Shown: positions 26,509-36,783, counted from the stretch's first letter. The stretch is DNA of 64,000 nucleotides from Clostridia bacterium (GCA_014872655.1 WHHJ01000002.1:8135-72134), one strand, 5' to 3'. Numbers and translations: made by a program. Notes: a model not told the origin generated them from the letters alone.

Positions 26509-28287
26509 GTGCCATATTTGTTTGGGGAAGAATACCTGGCAAAATTACGTAATCGATGCAGTATTGAAGAAATTATCGGAAAATATGTGGACTTAAAACG
26601 TACCGGAAGTTCTTATGTTGGGTTGTGTCCTTTTCACAGTGAGCGAACGGCTTCTTTTCATGTTTCTCCGACAATGCAGCGCTTTCATTGCTTTGGCTGC
26701 CAAAAAAGTGGTGATGTGATCACCTTTATTATGGAGCAGGAACGGTTGTCGTTTGTAGAAGCCGTAAAGTATCTTGCCAATATGGTTGGAATGGAAATTC
26801 CTCAGCCCAATGCAGCGGATACGCATATGATGCAGCTGCGTAAAAATATTTTGCAGATCAATAAGGCAGCGGCAAGATTTTTTTATAATACATTGTTTTC
26901 TTCATCCGGACAAGCCGGCCGTGAATATTTCAAAAAAAGAGGATTGGATTCCGGTACCATTACAAAATTTGGCTTGGGTTATGCGCCGGATAGTTGGCAT
27001 GATTTGCTGGATCATTTAATACAGCAAGGGTTTGTGTTGGATGATATAAAAGCGTCCGGTTTGATTCGACAGGGGAAAAAGAGTAGTTATGATTTTTTTC
27101 GGGACCGGGTAATGTTTCCGATTATTGATCAGAACGGGAATGTCGTTGGGTTCGGCGGCCGGGCGTTGCAGCCCGGAGTTCCGGCTAAATATATCAATTC
27201 AGATGAGAGTTTAGTGTTTAATAAGCGCAGAAATTTGTATGCATTGAATTTTGCAAAAAAGACAAAGCGCAGTGAGTTTATTTTATGTGAAGGGTATATG
27301 GATGCCATTGCACTGCATCGGGCCGGGTTTGATAATGCGGTTGCCGCGTTGGGTACTGCCGTGACAGAAGATCATGCGCGGTTGATTCGCCGGTATACAG
27401 AAAATGTAGTTCTTTGTTTGGATAGTGACGGAGCCGGACGCGCCGCCACGCAAAAGGCGTTGAGTGTTTTGCCGAAAGCGGGATTAAATGTGCGCGTAGT
27501 GACGGTGACCGGTGGCAAAGATCCGGACGAGATGCTGCGCGAAGAGGATGGAAAAAAGCAGTTCGAGCGATTGTTAGCGGCTTCGCAGAATTCCGTGGAT
27601 TACAAATTTGAACAAGTGATCGGCAAGTATGATTTGTCGATTGATACGGAACGGATTGAATGTGTAAAAAAGTTGGCAGAGATTGTGGCCGGTCTTTCCA
27701 GTGCCGCGGAGCGTGATGTATATGCTTCGCAAATTGCAAACCGGTTACATATTACAAAGGCGGCTGTAGATACGGAAGTAGCCGTTCGACGGCGTTCTTT
27801 TGAGCGATCGCGCAAAAAGGCTGAGCAAAAAAAGATTTTGGACGATTTGCGTGACAGTTCGGATAAGATTAATCCGGACAGGCCTCGTTTTCTTCGGGCT
27901 GCTGGTGCTGAGGAGGATGTCCTTTCGGTACTGTTGAATTTCCCGGACCAAGCGGGTAAGGTTTTTGATCTGTTAAGTGAAGAAGATTTTGTTACCGATT
28001 TTAACCGTCGGGTATTTCTGGCAGTGCGTGAAATGATGCAGATAGATCCCTGTGCGGATTATCGCTCTAATTTAGCACAATATTTTAATCCGGAGGAACT
28101 TGCCCATATCAATTCGCATACATTGGGTGCAGAAGCTTTGGATATTGGTGATGTTACAGTTCATCAGATTGTGGAAAAACTGAAAAAGGAAAAGAGAAAA
28201 ATAACAGGAATGGGATTCGGTTCTGATGATGCGGTAAAGGCCCGAATTGAAAGTTTACGTGGGGGAGATAAAAATGGAAATAGCTGA
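26509..28287 (+). CDS. dnaG: DNA primase
   Basis: Zinc finger [21 protein letters not shown], a TOPRIM region ([22 protein letters not shown]), and a GTG start. Confidence 0.95.
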   Translation: MPYLFGEEYLAKLRNRCSIEEIIGKYVDLKRTGSSYVGLCPFHSERTASFHVSPTMQRFHCFGCQKSGDVITFIMEQERLSFVEAVKYLANMVGMEIPQPNAADTHMMQLRKNILQINKAAARFFYNTLFSSSGQAGREYFKKRGLDSGTITKFGLGYAPDSWHDLLDHLIQQGFVLDDIKASGLIRQGKKSSYDFFRDRVMFPIIDQNGNVVGFGGRALQPGVPAKYINSDESLVFNKRRNLYALNFAKKTKRSEFILCEGYMDAIALHRAGFDNAVAALGTAVTEDHARLIRRYTENVVLCLDSDGAGRAATQKALSVLPKAGLNVRVVTVTGGKDPDEMLREEDGKKQFERLLAASQNSVDYKFEQVIGKYDLSIDTERIECVKKLAEIVAGLSSAAERDVYASQIANRLHITKAAVDTEVAVRRRSFERSRKKAEQKKILDDLRDSSDKINPDRPRFLRAAGAEEDVLSVLLNFPDQAGKVFDLLSEEDFVTDFNRRVFLAVREMMQIDPCADYRSNLAQYFNPEELAHINSHTLGAEALDIGDVTVHQIVEKLKKEKRKITGMGFGSDDAVKARIESLRGGDKNGNS

Positions 28288-29377
28288 AAAGAAAAATGTC
28301 ATTAAAGCTTTGGTGGAAAAAGGAAAAGAAAAAGGTTCCTTAACCTATAATGAAATTAATGAAGAGTTAGACAAATTGGAGCTGACACAAGAGCAGATTT
28401 CTTCTGTTTATGATGAGATCCGGCGCGCCGATATTGAAATTGAAGAAGATTTTACCATCGACCAGGATTTAAAGTCTTTGGAAGATGAAGTGAGTGTCTT
28501 GCCGGAAGATCCAGACGACATTGAAGCTCTTTTGCAAGCAGAGGGTATTACGATTGACGACCCGGTGAAAATTTATTTGCATGAGATTGGGCGGGTTCCG
28601 TTGTTGACAACGGAAGAAGAAGCCAGCTTGGCCGAGCGAATTGCACAAGGAGATGAAGATGCAAAACGGATTTTAAATGAATCGAATCTGCGTCTTGTCG
28701 TTAGTATTGCTAAGAGATATGTGGGCAGAGGTTTGTTGTTTTTGGATTTGATTCAAGAGGGAAACCTCGGATTGATCAAAGCGGTTGAAAAATTTGATTC
28801 TACAAAAGGCTACAAGTTTTCTACCTATGCAACCTGGTGGATTCGGCAGGCGATTACGCGGGCGATAGCAGACCAGGCACGCACCATTCGAATTCCTGTT
28901 CATATGGTGGAAACGATTAATCGTCTTTCTAAAACGGAGCGGGCACTGGTTCAGGAGTTGGGCAGACAGCCGCAGGCGGATGAAATCGCTCAGGAGTTAA
29001 ATATGCCCGTGGATCGTGTTCGTGAAATTATGAAAGTGGCGATGGAGCCTGTTTCTCTGGAGTCTCCTGTCGGCGAAGAGGAAGACAGCCATTTAGGTGA
29101 TTTTTTGGCCGATGATGATATTCCGGCTCCGTCTGATGTCGCGTCTCAGATGTTGTTGAGAGAAGAGTTGAACGAAGTTCTTTCTACGCTTAGTGACCGG
29201 GAGGCCAAAGTGCTGCGTTTGCGCTTTGGTTTGGATGACGGCCGTACTCGTACACTGGAAGAAGTGGGACGAGTGTTTAAAGTGACTCGTGAGAGAATTC
29301 GTCAGATCGAGGCCAAAGCGCTGCGTAAGTTAAGACATCCCAGTCGTTCTAAGAGATTGAAAGACTTTTTGGATTGA
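28274..29377 (+). CDS. rpoD: Primary RNA polymerase sigma factor (sigma-70/SigA)
   Basis: Region 2 [30 protein letters not shown] and region 4 [33 protein letters not shown] 28274 follows GGGGGAG. The track start is 28247. Confidence 0.96.
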   Translation: MEIAEKKNVIKALVEKGKEKGSLTYNEINEELDKLELTQEQISSVYDEIRRADIEIEEDFTIDQDLKSLEDEVSVLPEDPDDIEALLQAEGITIDDPVKIYLHEIGRVPLLTTEEEASLAERIAQGDEDAKRILNESNLRLVVSIAKRYVGRGLLFLDLIQEGNLGLIKAVEKFDSTKGYKFSTYATWWIRQAITRAIADQARTIRIPVHMVETINRLSKTERALVQELGRQPQADEIAQELNMPVDRVREIMKVAMEPVSLESPVGEEEDSHLGDFLADDDIPAPSDVASQMLLREELNEVLSTLSDREAKVLRLRFGLDDGRTRTLEEVGRVFKVTRERIRQIEAKALRKLRHPSRSKRLKDFLD

Positions 29378-29390
29378 TTACATAGTTCAA

Positions 29391-29421
29391 GTGCCGTACA
29401 TGAAATCATGTACGGCACTTT
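29391..29421 (+). terminator. Hairpin terminator after rpoD
   Basis: A perfect 12-bp stem GTGCCGTACATG (29391-29402) / CATGTACGGCAC (29407-29418) with loop AAAT, then TTT. The U-tract is short. Confidence 0.65.
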
Positions 29422-29432
29422 CGGAGAAAAAG

Positions 29433-30515
29433 ATGAAACGAAAAAATAAAACATGGAAAAAATTGTTGTTTTTGATTCCGGCAGTGCTCGGGGTTTGCGT
29501 CTTATTGGTTTTACCGCACTTCCCGGATCTTGCGGAATACGGCTTTAGTCGGGGCGTTTTTAGAATTTTTTCTTATGCAATTGGAACGATTACATCAGTT
29601 TTTCCTTTTTCAATTTCTGAAATCTTGTTGTATGCGGGCATTCTTGCTGTGATTGTTATCTTGATCCTGTTGATTCTAAAAAGAATCAAGTGGCGAAAAG
29701 TTGCACAGGTATTCGGGTGGATATTCAGCTGCCTTTTTTTGCTTTATGTGGTGATGCATGGAGCTAATTTTTATCGGTATGATTTAACACAGTTGATGCA
29801 TTTGCCAGAAGTGGATTCCGATTCGCAGCTGCTTTATGATGTTTGTGTTGAGACAGCACAAAAAGCCTCTGAACTGCGTGTAAATTTAAAGGAAGATGAG
29901 CAGGGTTACTTTTGTTTGGAGAACGGCATTCCAGAAGTATTGCAAAATGCCGACAAACTGTATGAAAATCTTTATGAAACATATCCGTTTCTTTCGGATC
30001 CGGTGAAAAGAGTAAAGGGGGTCTGGATTTCTCCGTTATGGTCCTATACGGGAATATCCGGTATTTATATTCCGTTTTTTGCTGAGGCAAATATCAATAC
30101 GGATGCTCCGGAGAGTTCTTTATATTTATCTGCCGCACATGAATTGGCGCATACAAAAGGCTTTGCGAAGGAAGACGAATGTAATTTTTTGGCATATTTG
30201 GCATGTGTGAACAGTGGAAATGAACAGGCGATGTACAGTGCGTATCTATTTGCTTATCGATATTTATCTGCTGAACTTTATACCCAAAATGTGGAATTAT
30301 ATCAACAAACAACTTCCTTTTTAAGTGATGGTGTTCGTCGGGATTTAATACAAGAAAACGAATATTGGGCTGCGCATAGTGGGGTGGTCCAAACAGTTTC
30401 TAATCAGGTTAATGACGCGTTTATTAAATCGCAAGGACAAGCCGAAGGTACGCAAAGTTATAATCAAGTTGTACGTCTGATTTTATCTTATGAAAAGTGC
30501 CAAAAGATGCCTTAA
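29433..30515 (+). CDS. DUF3810-like membrane protein with HExxH motif
   Basis: Several N-terminal TM helices and a C-terminal AAHELAHTKGFAKEDECNF motif. The track ORF opens at 29391, but those codons are the rpoD terminator hairpin. ATG 29433 follows GGAGAAAAAG. Confidence 0.75.
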   Translation: MKRKNKTWKKLLFLIPAVLGVCVLLVLPHFPDLAEYGFSRGVFRIFSYAIGTITSVFPFSISEILLYAGILAVIVILILLILKRIKWRKVAQVFGWIFSCLFLLYVVMHGANFYRYDLTQLMHLPEVDSDSQLLYDVCVETAQKASELRVNLKEDEQGYFCLENGIPEVLQNADKLYENLYETYPFLSDPVKRVKGVWISPLWSYTGISGIYIPFFAEANINTDAPESSLYLSAAHELAHTKGFAKEDECNFLAYLACVNSGNEQAMYSAYLFAYRYLSAELYTQNVELYQQTTSFLSDGVRRDLIQENEYWAAHSGVVQTVSNQVNDAFIKSQGQAEGTQSYNQVVRLILSYEKCQKMP

Positions 30516-30546
30516 TTATGGAATTTAAGCCATTTTTATTTTTTTA

Positions 30547-30575
30547 TTGACTTTTTTGACGGAATGCGTTATAAT
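30547..30575 (+). promoter_or_regulatory. Consensus promoter for lysozyme-like/dockerin gene
   Basis: TTGACT (30547-30552), 17 nt, TATAAT (30570-30575). Confidence 0.65.
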
Positions 30576-30618
30576 GTCTGTGTTGCTCAGTTAACAGGTT
30601 CATTTAGAGGAGGATGTT

Positions 30619-31725
30619 ATGAGACATATTCAAAAAGTGATCGGATGTATTCTTTCTGCAGCTATCTTATTGTCTATGTTTGCCTTGTCCGCATCTGCGG
30701 CAGAGGCCTACGTACCTGTAAACGACATCGTACGTGAAGCAGAAAGAATTATTTATGCAAATGAGGGCAATTATGCCTCTGTAGTAAAAAATGATAACGG
30801 AGCGTTGAGTATCGGAAAAGTACAATGGCATGGAGATCGGGCCTTAGCTCTTTTGCGGGACATCATTCTTTTAAATGATACAAATGCCAGAAATATACTT
30901 GGAGATATGCTTTATCAGGAAATACAAACAACTTCAAGCTGGGGTACCAGAATTTTAAATGATGATGAGGCTTCTAGGATTTCTACCTTGATTAACACGG
31001 CGGAAGGCCGTTCCGTGCAGGATACATATTCCCATTATGATATTAAATCTTATATCTTGCATGGAAAATACTTAGGTATTAAAGATCCGCAAGCGTTGAT
31101 TTATTATGCCGATATCGAAAACCAATATGGTTATGGCGGCGTAACCCGCATTATTCGGCCGGCACTAGACAGCGTAGGCGGTGATCATTCAAAATTGACT
31201 TTGGATATTATACATTGGGCTGTCATAGAAGATAATAATTACCCGTCTCGACGGACCAGAACATATGAAGGTGCAAAAAAAGTAAACTTTACGTATACGA
31301 CGGTTGTTCCGGCTCATGAGATCTGGCGATTAAACGGCGGTGTAAATATGCGTACAGGTCCTAACACGGACTATGCTGTATTGACTACTGTTCCGGGAGG
31401 AACGGAAGTAAGAGTGTTTTCAAAGGTTGACCGCGGAATTTATACATGGGGTGAGACCGAGAACGGTTGGTTGGTATTAAGAAGAAACAGTGACGGAAAT
31501 AATTTCTGTTCTTTTGTGGAGTCTGTCCCTGCATCGGGCGGCGTTTACGGCAATGGGGATGCGAACGGAGACCAAACTCTTTCTTTGGCGGACGTTCTTT
31601 TAACAGCTCGATATGTGATGGACAATACAATTCAGATTCGAGTAGATAATGTAGATATGAATGGCGACGGAATTATTTCTTTGGCGGATGTCTTGGCGAT
31701 TGCAAGACTGGTTGTTAGTCAATAA
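30619..31725 (+). CDS. Secreted protein: lysozyme-like N-terminal domain + SH3b-like domain + C-terminal dockerin
   Basis: Signal peptide ending SASA-AEA. NEGNY...GALSIGKVQWHGDRALALL resembles phage-tail-lysozyme-type (PF18013-like) domains as I remember them. NGGVNMRTGPNTDYAVLTTVPGGTEVRVF...GW is SH3b-like. The dockerin segments are GDANGDQTLSLADVLLTARYVM and VDMNGDGIISLADVLAIARLVV. Confidence 0.8.
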   Translation: MRHIQKVIGCILSAAILLSMFALSASAAEAYVPVNDIVREAERIIYANEGNYASVVKNDNGALSIGKVQWHGDRALALLRDIILLNDTNARNILGDMLYQEIQTTSSWGTRILNDDEASRISTLINTAEGRSVQDTYSHYDIKSYILHGKYLGIKDPQALIYYADIENQYGYGGVTRIIRPALDSVGGDHSKLTLDIIHWAVIEDNNYPSRRTRTYEGAKKVNFTYTTVVPAHEIWRLNGGVNMRTGPNTDYAVLTTVPGGTEVRVFSKVDRGIYTWGETENGWLVLRRNSDGNNFCSFVESVPASGGVYGNGDANGDQTLSLADVLLTARYVMDNTIQIRVDNVDMNGDGIISLADVLAIARLVVSQ

Positions 31726-31737
31726 GATAAATAGAGG

Positions 31738-31764
31738 AGCGGAGAGTTATCTCCGCTCTTTTTT
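31738..31764 (+). terminator. Rho-independent terminator
   Basis: GAGCGGAG ... CTCCGCTC stem followed by TTTTTT. Confidence 0.85.
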
Positions 31765-32045
31765 ACTATTGTAAGTTTACTGGACTCAACTAGACTTTGA
31801 AACTCTTTGAATGATAGGTTTTAATAAAGTAAAGGATCTTTTTAAGAAAAGAAAAGTAATGCTTCAGTAGTGTCAATATTGTATGGTTTTTCATTCTGCA
31901 CATAAAAATTTATAAAAGTTAGTGGGGGAAGCTTGAGAAAGCTGTCAAAGAGGTTGTTTGATGTCATAGATAAGTAAAAGCGAGAAAAAAATAGATAATT
32001 TAAGAAAAAAAGAGATTGAGATTGTTTTTGCGGTAAATATTATTT

Positions 32046-32067
32046 AACTTTGACTTTCTTTGACTTT
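32046..32067 (-). promoter_or_regulatory. CtsR operator (upstream copy, inverted orientation)
   Basis: The reverse complement reads AAAGTCAAAGAAAGTCAAAGTT. It contains the CtsR heptad direct repeat AGTCAAA-GAA-AGTCAAA. Confidence 0.85.
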
Positions 32068-32075
32068 TATAAAAG

Positions 32076-32104
32076 TTGCAATGTTTACATGAAAGGGGTA
32101 TAAT
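32076..32104 (+). promoter_or_regulatory. Sigma-A-type promoter of ctsR-mcsA-mcsB-clpC
   Basis: TTGCAA (32076-32081), 17 nt, TATAAT (32099-32104). Confidence 0.75.
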
Positions 32105-32113
32105 AGGTTCACG

Positions 32114-32135
32114 AAAGTCAAAGAAAGTCAAAGTT
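32114..32135 (+). promoter_or_regulatory. CtsR operator (downstream copy, over the transcription start region)
   Basis: AAAGTCAAAGAAAGTCAAAGTT matches the consensus (A/G)GTCAAA-NAN-(A/G)GTCAAA perfectly. Confidence 0.9.
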
Positions 32136-32160
32136 GATTTTCTAAGAAGGAGAGGGACAA

Positions 32161-32610
32161 ATGAAATCGAGTGATATTATCAGTGCATTTATCCGAGACT
32201 TGTTGGAGCAGTCTGACGGGAGTATCGAGTTAAGACGAAACGAGTTGGCTCAGCATTTTCATGTTGTTCCAAGCCAGATCAGTTATGTCATTACTTCGAG
32301 GTTTACCCCGGAACACGGATATATTACAGAAAGCCATCGGGGAGGCGGCGGATGCATTCGCATCCGACGAGTTCGTTATGATAAATCCAGTTCGATTATG
32401 CATGTTGTTAACTCTGTTGGTAAACAGATGAACTGGTTTGACGCTTGTCTGTTTTTGAAAAATCTTGAAGATTATGGATATATCGAACATGCGGCGCATA
32501 TAATTATAAAAGCGGCTGTTTCCGATCAGGCTTTGAGCGGTGTGGACGCAGATCGTCGAGATGAAGTGAGAGCTTCGATATTTAAAAATACATTATTATC
32601 ATTGTTGTAA
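32161..32610 (+). CDS. ctsR: Class III stress gene repressor CtsR
   Basis: IS..I...L.......ELRRNELAQHFHVVPSQISYVITSRFTPEHGYITESHRGGGGCIRI is the canonical CtsR HTH and glycine-rich loop. Confidence 0.96.
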   Translation: MKSSDIISAFIRDLLEQSDGSIELRRNELAQHFHVVPSQISYVITSRFTPEHGYITESHRGGGGCIRIRRVRYDKSSSIMHVVNSVGKQMNWFDACLFLKNLEDYGYIEHAAHIIIKAAVSDQALSGVDADRRDEVRASIFKNTLLSLL

Positions 32611-32645
32611 GAAAGAGGACATAAAGTCCAAGAGGAGGATGTTTT

Positions 32646-33134
32646 ATGTTGTGTGAAAATTGTAAAAAGAATGTTGCGACTACATATTTTAAGCAGACGG
32701 TAAACGGAAAAACAACCGAAATTTTTCTTTGCGATGAATGTGCTGCAAAATTAGGATTAGACAGCGGGATAAAAAGTTTCGGTTTGGGATTGAGTTCTAT
32801 GTTACCGGAGTTGTTCAGCCGAGAAACAGACATTGCAGAATTGCGGTGCCCGGTTTGCGGAACATTGTACAGCAGTGTCGGCAAAGACGGCATGGTTGGT
32901 TGTGATAAATGCTACGATACTTTTGCATCCAGATTAGATCCAGTGATTAAGCGTATGCACGGGAGCCGGAAGCATGTTGGCAAAACACCTCAATCTTTTG
33001 CATCAAAGCCGGAAGGAAAATTAGATCAATTAAAGCGGGAGTTGAAACTCGCAATCGAAAAAGAAGATTTTGAATCTGCAGCAAAGCTTCGGGATCAAAT
33101 TAAATCCATGGAGCAGCAGGGAGGTGTGCAATGA
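32646..33134 (+). CDS. mcsA: McsA (UvrB/C-motif protein, activator of McsB)
   Basis: N-terminal CxxC pairs (CENC..CDEC, CPVCG..CDKC) and a C-terminal UVR motif EDFESAAKLRDQIKSME. It sits between ctsR and mcsB. Confidence 0.92.
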   Translation: MLCENCKKNVATTYFKQTVNGKTTEIFLCDECAAKLGLDSGIKSFGLGLSSMLPELFSRETDIAELRCPVCGTLYSSVGKDGMVGCDKCYDTFASRLDPVIKRMHGSRKHVGKTPQSFASKPEGKLDQLKRELKLAIEKEDFESAAKLRDQIKSMEQQGGVQ

Positions 33135-34117
33135 TGGACAAGACGGTAATTAGTACCAGAATTCGGCTGGCCAGAAACTTGAAAAATGTGCCATTTCCGC
33201 GTCGAATGTCCTTGGAACAAAAACATGAGGTTTGCCAAAAAGTAAAAAGTGCGGCAATGAGCCTGAAAGGGTATGACTTTGACTATATTGATATGGAGCA
33301 ATTGACAACTATACAAGCTGGTTCAATGGTAGAAGACCATTTGATCAGTGTTGATTTTGCGAATGCAAAAGAGGGCGGCGGATTGTTGCTGGACCGTAAA
33401 AATAATATCTCTATTATGATCAATGAAGAAGATCATCTTCGGATTCAGGTAACCGGAAAAGGCGAACGATTAAATGCTCTTTATGCTGTTGCAAACAAAT
33501 TGGATGACGAGTTGGATGAACAGCTGGGCTTTGCATTTGATGAAGACCGAGGATATTTAACACAATGTCCAACTAATTTGGGTACCGGTCTTCGAGCCTC
33601 CGTGATGATGCATTTACCGGCATTGAGTGAAAGCGGGTTGATCAATAAGGTTATCAACACGGTTTCTCAGGTTGGTTTAACAGTGCGCGGTATGTACGGA
33701 GAAGGTTCTCAGCCCACCGGAGGAATCTATCAGGTATCAAATCGCGTGACATTAGGCGTCACCGAACAGGATATCTTGGAAAGATTATTTGATGTTGTGG
33801 GGCAAATCGCAAAAAATGAAGCCGTTTTACGCGAAAAAATGTTGGAGAATATCAGTGTAAAGGACCGGATTTTCCGTGCATACGGAGTTTTGTCTGAGGC
33901 ACGGATTCTTTCTTCTCAGGAATTTATGCGGTTGATGTCAGACGTTCGTCTGGGAGTTGAAGGCGGACTGATTAACTTGGATCCTGTTGCGTTGGATGAG
34001 TTGTCTATCAGTGTACAGCCTTATACCTTAATGTTGTTTGGCGGGGAGAATATGCAAGTTGGACAACGGGATATCAAGCGGGCCGATATGGTTCGTGAAA
34101 AATTAGGCAGACAATAA
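33131..34117 (+). CDS. mcsB: Protein arginine kinase McsB
   Basis: Phosphagen-kinase signature QCPTNLGTGLRASVMMHLP and RLARNL..VPF N-terminus. Confidence 0.95.
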   Translation: MMDKTVISTRIRLARNLKNVPFPRRMSLEQKHEVCQKVKSAAMSLKGYDFDYIDMEQLTTIQAGSMVEDHLISVDFANAKEGGGLLLDRKNNISIMINEEDHLRIQVTGKGERLNALYAVANKLDDELDEQLGFAFDEDRGYLTQCPTNLGTGLRASVMMHLPALSESGLINKVINTVSQVGLTVRGMYGEGSQPTGGIYQVSNRVTLGVTEQDILERLFDVVGQIAKNEAVLREKMLENISVKDRIFRAYGVLSEARILSSQEFMRLMSDVRLGVEGGLINLDPVALDELSISVQPYTLMLFGGENMQVGQRDIKRADMVREKLGRQ

Positions 34118-34140
34118 TTATATGAAATGGAGTGATCAAT

Positions 34141-36663
34141 ATGGCTGATAATTTTTCTCAAAATGCTGCTCAAGCGTTAAACGCAGCCTTGCAATCTGCA
34201 AGAGAATTGGGGCATGGATATATCGGGACAGAGCATTTGTTGTTGGGATTATCTCAAATCCCCGACAGTGTTGCTTATAAAGTTTTAACAGATAACGGCG
34301 TTACTTCAGAAGCCATTGTAGATAAAATTTCGCAACTGATTGGGACGGGGGTTCCGTCTAATGTAACGGCTCAGGATATGACTCCCAGAATGAAGAGAAT
34401 CTTGGAGCAATCTTTTTTAGAAGCCAGAAAAACCGGAAGATTTTTGATTGGAACCGAGCATTTATTAATGGCTTTGATTTTGGAAGCAGATTGTAAAGCT
34501 GTTGAAATCATGGAATTATGCGGCGCAAATCGTCAAACGATTTATGAACAACTGTTGGCTCAGACTCTGGGGCAGGAAGTTGTCAGTGCCGGAGCATCCC
34601 CTGCTTCCAAATCGGCACATGGCAAAAATGCAAACGGACAGACTCCGACGCTGGATTCATTCGGCAGAGATTTAACCGAGATGGCGCGGGAAAAGAAAAT
34701 TGACCCCGTTATCGGACGTTCTGCGGAAATTGATCGGGTGGTTCAAATTTTGTCTCGTCGGACGAAAAACAATCCGTGTCTGATTGGAGAACCGGGTGTT
34801 GGAAAAACAGCGATTGCTGAAGGTCTGGCACAGCACATTGTAGAAGGCGTTGTTCCGGAAACCTTGAAAAATAAACGGGTTGTTACATTGGATATTGCAT
34901 CGATGATTGCCGGCAGTAAATACCGGGGTGATTTCGAAGAGCGTATCAAGAACGCGATAGAAGAAGTGAAAAAAGCCGGAAACGTGATTTTATTTATTGA
35001 TGAATTTCATGTTTTAATCGGTGCCGGTGCTGCAGAAGGTGCCATGGATGCAGCCAATATCTTAAAACCGTCATTGGCACGTGGTGAAATTCAGGTTATC
35101 GGAGCCACAACACTGGATGAATATAAAAAGCATATCGAAAAGGACGCAGCGTTGGAAAGACGTTTTCAACCGGTCATTGTCAGTGAACCGTCCGAAGAGG
35201 ATTCGATTTTGATCTTAAAAGGTATTCGAGACAAGTACGAGGCACACCATAAAGTGCGGATCTCGGACGAAGCCATTGAAAGCGCCGTAAAACTTTCTAA
35301 AAGATACATTCAGGATCGGTTTTTGCCGGATAAGGCTATCGACTTGATGGATGAAGCGGCGTCAAAGGTACGTATTAAAAACTTGACTACACCTCCGGAT
35401 TTAAAAGAGCAGGAGGAACGGATTAAACGGATCGGTGCAGAAAAAGATGCGGCCGTTAAGAGCCAGGATTTTGAAAAGGCAGCTCAACTCAGAGATGAGG
35501 AAAAGGATGCACAGGCTAAGTTGGATGAAATGAAGAAGAAATGGTCCAGCGATGTCAGCGATACTGATCTTTGTGTTACGCCTGAGGATATTGAAGAGGT
35601 TGTCGGTCAGGCAACCGGAATTCCGGTCAGCAAACTGATCAAAGAAGAAAGCGAACGTCTGCTGAATATGGAGAAAATTTTGCATGAACGGGTTATCGGG
35701 CAGGACGAAGCGGTTCAAGCCGTTTCGCGCGCCATTCGCCGTGGCAGAGTCGGTTTGAAAGACCCCAAACGGCCAATTGGTTCGTTTTTGTTCTTGGGCC
35801 CGACAGGTGTCGGAAAAACCGAGTTGTCAAAGGCACTTGCGGAAGTCATGTTCGGTGACGAGAATGCAATGATCCGAATTGATATGTCGGAATATATGGA
35901 AAAACATACCGTTTCCAGAATGATCGGATCGCCTCCGGGCTATGTCGGGTTTGATGACGGCGGACAGTTAACAGAAAAAGTTCGTAGAAAACCCTATAGT
36001 GTGATCTTGTTTGATGAAATTGAAAAAGCGCATCCGGATGTCTTTAACATCCTGCTCCAGGTATTGGATGACGGACAGTTGACAGACGGGAAGGGCCGGA
36101 AAGTCGATTTCAAAAACACGGTAATCATTATGACCAGTAATATTGGTGCAAAACGGATTACAGATCGCAAAAAACTTGGGTTTACCCCGTCTGATGATGA
36201 ATTCAGCAAGACGCAGGAAAAAATCCGTGAAGATGTGATGAGTGAATTACGTGATACTTTCCGTCCGGAATTTTTGAATCGAATTGATGACATTATTGTC
36301 TTTGAACAATTGGATGAGAAGAGCATTCGGACTATTGCCGGAAAATTGCTGGCAGATGTTTCGAAACGTCTTGCAGCTATGGATATCACCGTTCACTTTG
36401 CTGATGATGCGATTGATTTTCTGGTTTCGAAAGGGTACAACGCCGATTACGGTGCAAGACCTTTAAAGCGTGCAATTCAGACCTATGCCGAAGACCGCAT
36501 TGCAGAGGAAATGCTTGCCGGAAATATTTGTGCCAAAGATTGTGTAACAGCACATGCCAAAGACGGAAAAATCGTCTTTGAAAAAGAGGCATCTTCTGAT
36601 ACACAGAATGCTGATTCTAATTCGAACTCTTCTGATTCTTCCAAGGAATCTGAAAGCAAGTAA
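34141..36663 (+). CDS. clpC: ATP-dependent Clp protease ATP-binding subunit ClpC
   Basis: Two Clp_N repeats, Walker A GEPGVGKT and GPTGVGKT, a UVR linker DFEKAAQLRDEE, and GARPLKRAIQ. ATG 34141 is preferred over the track start 34132. Confidence 0.96.
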   Translation: MADNFSQNAAQALNAALQSARELGHGYIGTEHLLLGLSQIPDSVAYKVLTDNGVTSEAIVDKISQLIGTGVPSNVTAQDMTPRMKRILEQSFLEARKTGRFLIGTEHLLMALILEADCKAVEIMELCGANRQTIYEQLLAQTLGQEVVSAGASPASKSAHGKNANGQTPTLDSFGRDLTEMAREKKIDPVIGRSAEIDRVVQILSRRTKNNPCLIGEPGVGKTAIAEGLAQHIVEGVVPETLKNKRVVTLDIASMIAGSKYRGDFEERIKNAIEEVKKAGNVILFIDEFHVLIGAGAAEGAMDAANILKPSLARGEIQVIGATTLDEYKKHIEKDAALERRFQPVIVSEPSEEDSILILKGIRDKYEAHHKVRISDEAIESAVKLSKRYIQDRFLPDKAIDLMDEAASKVRIKNLTTPPDLKEQEERIKRIGAEKDAAVKSQDFEKAAQLRDEEKDAQAKLDEMKKKWSSDVSDTDLCVTPEDIEEVVGQATGIPVSKLIKEESERLLNMEKILHERVIGQDEAVQAVSRAIRRGRVGLKDPKRPIGSFLFLGPTGVGKTELSKALAEVMFGDENAMIRIDMSEYMEKHTVSRMIGSPPGYVGFDDGGQLTEKVRRKPYSVILFDEIEKAHPDVFNILLQVLDDGQLTDGKGRKVDFKNTVIIMTSNIGAKRITDRKKLGFTPSDDEFSKTQEKIREDVMSELRDTFRPEFLNRIDDIIVFEQLDEKSIRTIAGKLLADVSKRLAAMDITVHFADDAIDFLVSKGYNADYGARPLKRAIQTYAEDRIAEEMLAGNICAKDCVTAHAKDGKIVFEKEASSDTQNADSNSNSSDSSKESESK

Positions 36664-36677
36664 TCAGGTAAGAAAAA

Positions 36678-36705
36678 GCCCTGTCCCTGTGGACAGGGCT
36701 TTTTT
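36678..36705 (+). terminator. Rho-independent terminator after clpC
   Basis: GCCCTGTCC (36678-36686), loop CTGT, GGACAGGGC (36691-36699), then TTTTTT. Confidence 0.9.
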
Positions 36706-36783
36706 ACAAACAGTTCACAGATACAACCATAAATTTACAAGATGTTAGTGTATACTTAATAAAGACCGTTTGGAGGTGAGAAC

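Noticed and set aside
26300-26596. A 98-aa ORF in the mrp-dnaG spacer.
   Set aside because: It runs through the mrp terminator hairpin and into the dnaG start in another frame. No RBS is present and the sequence is unrecognisable.
29391-29432. The first 14 codons of the track ORF for the DUF3810-like gene (MPYMKSCTALSEKK).
   Set aside because: This stretch is the perfect 12-bp rpoD terminator hairpin. A proper RBS and ATG follow at 29433.
31765-32045. Small ORFs in the 280-nt spacer upstream of the ctsR promoter, for example a 34-codon minus-strand ORF starting near 31893.
   Set aside because: There is no RBS, the sequence is AT-rich and low-complexity, and no terminator or promoter context is present.
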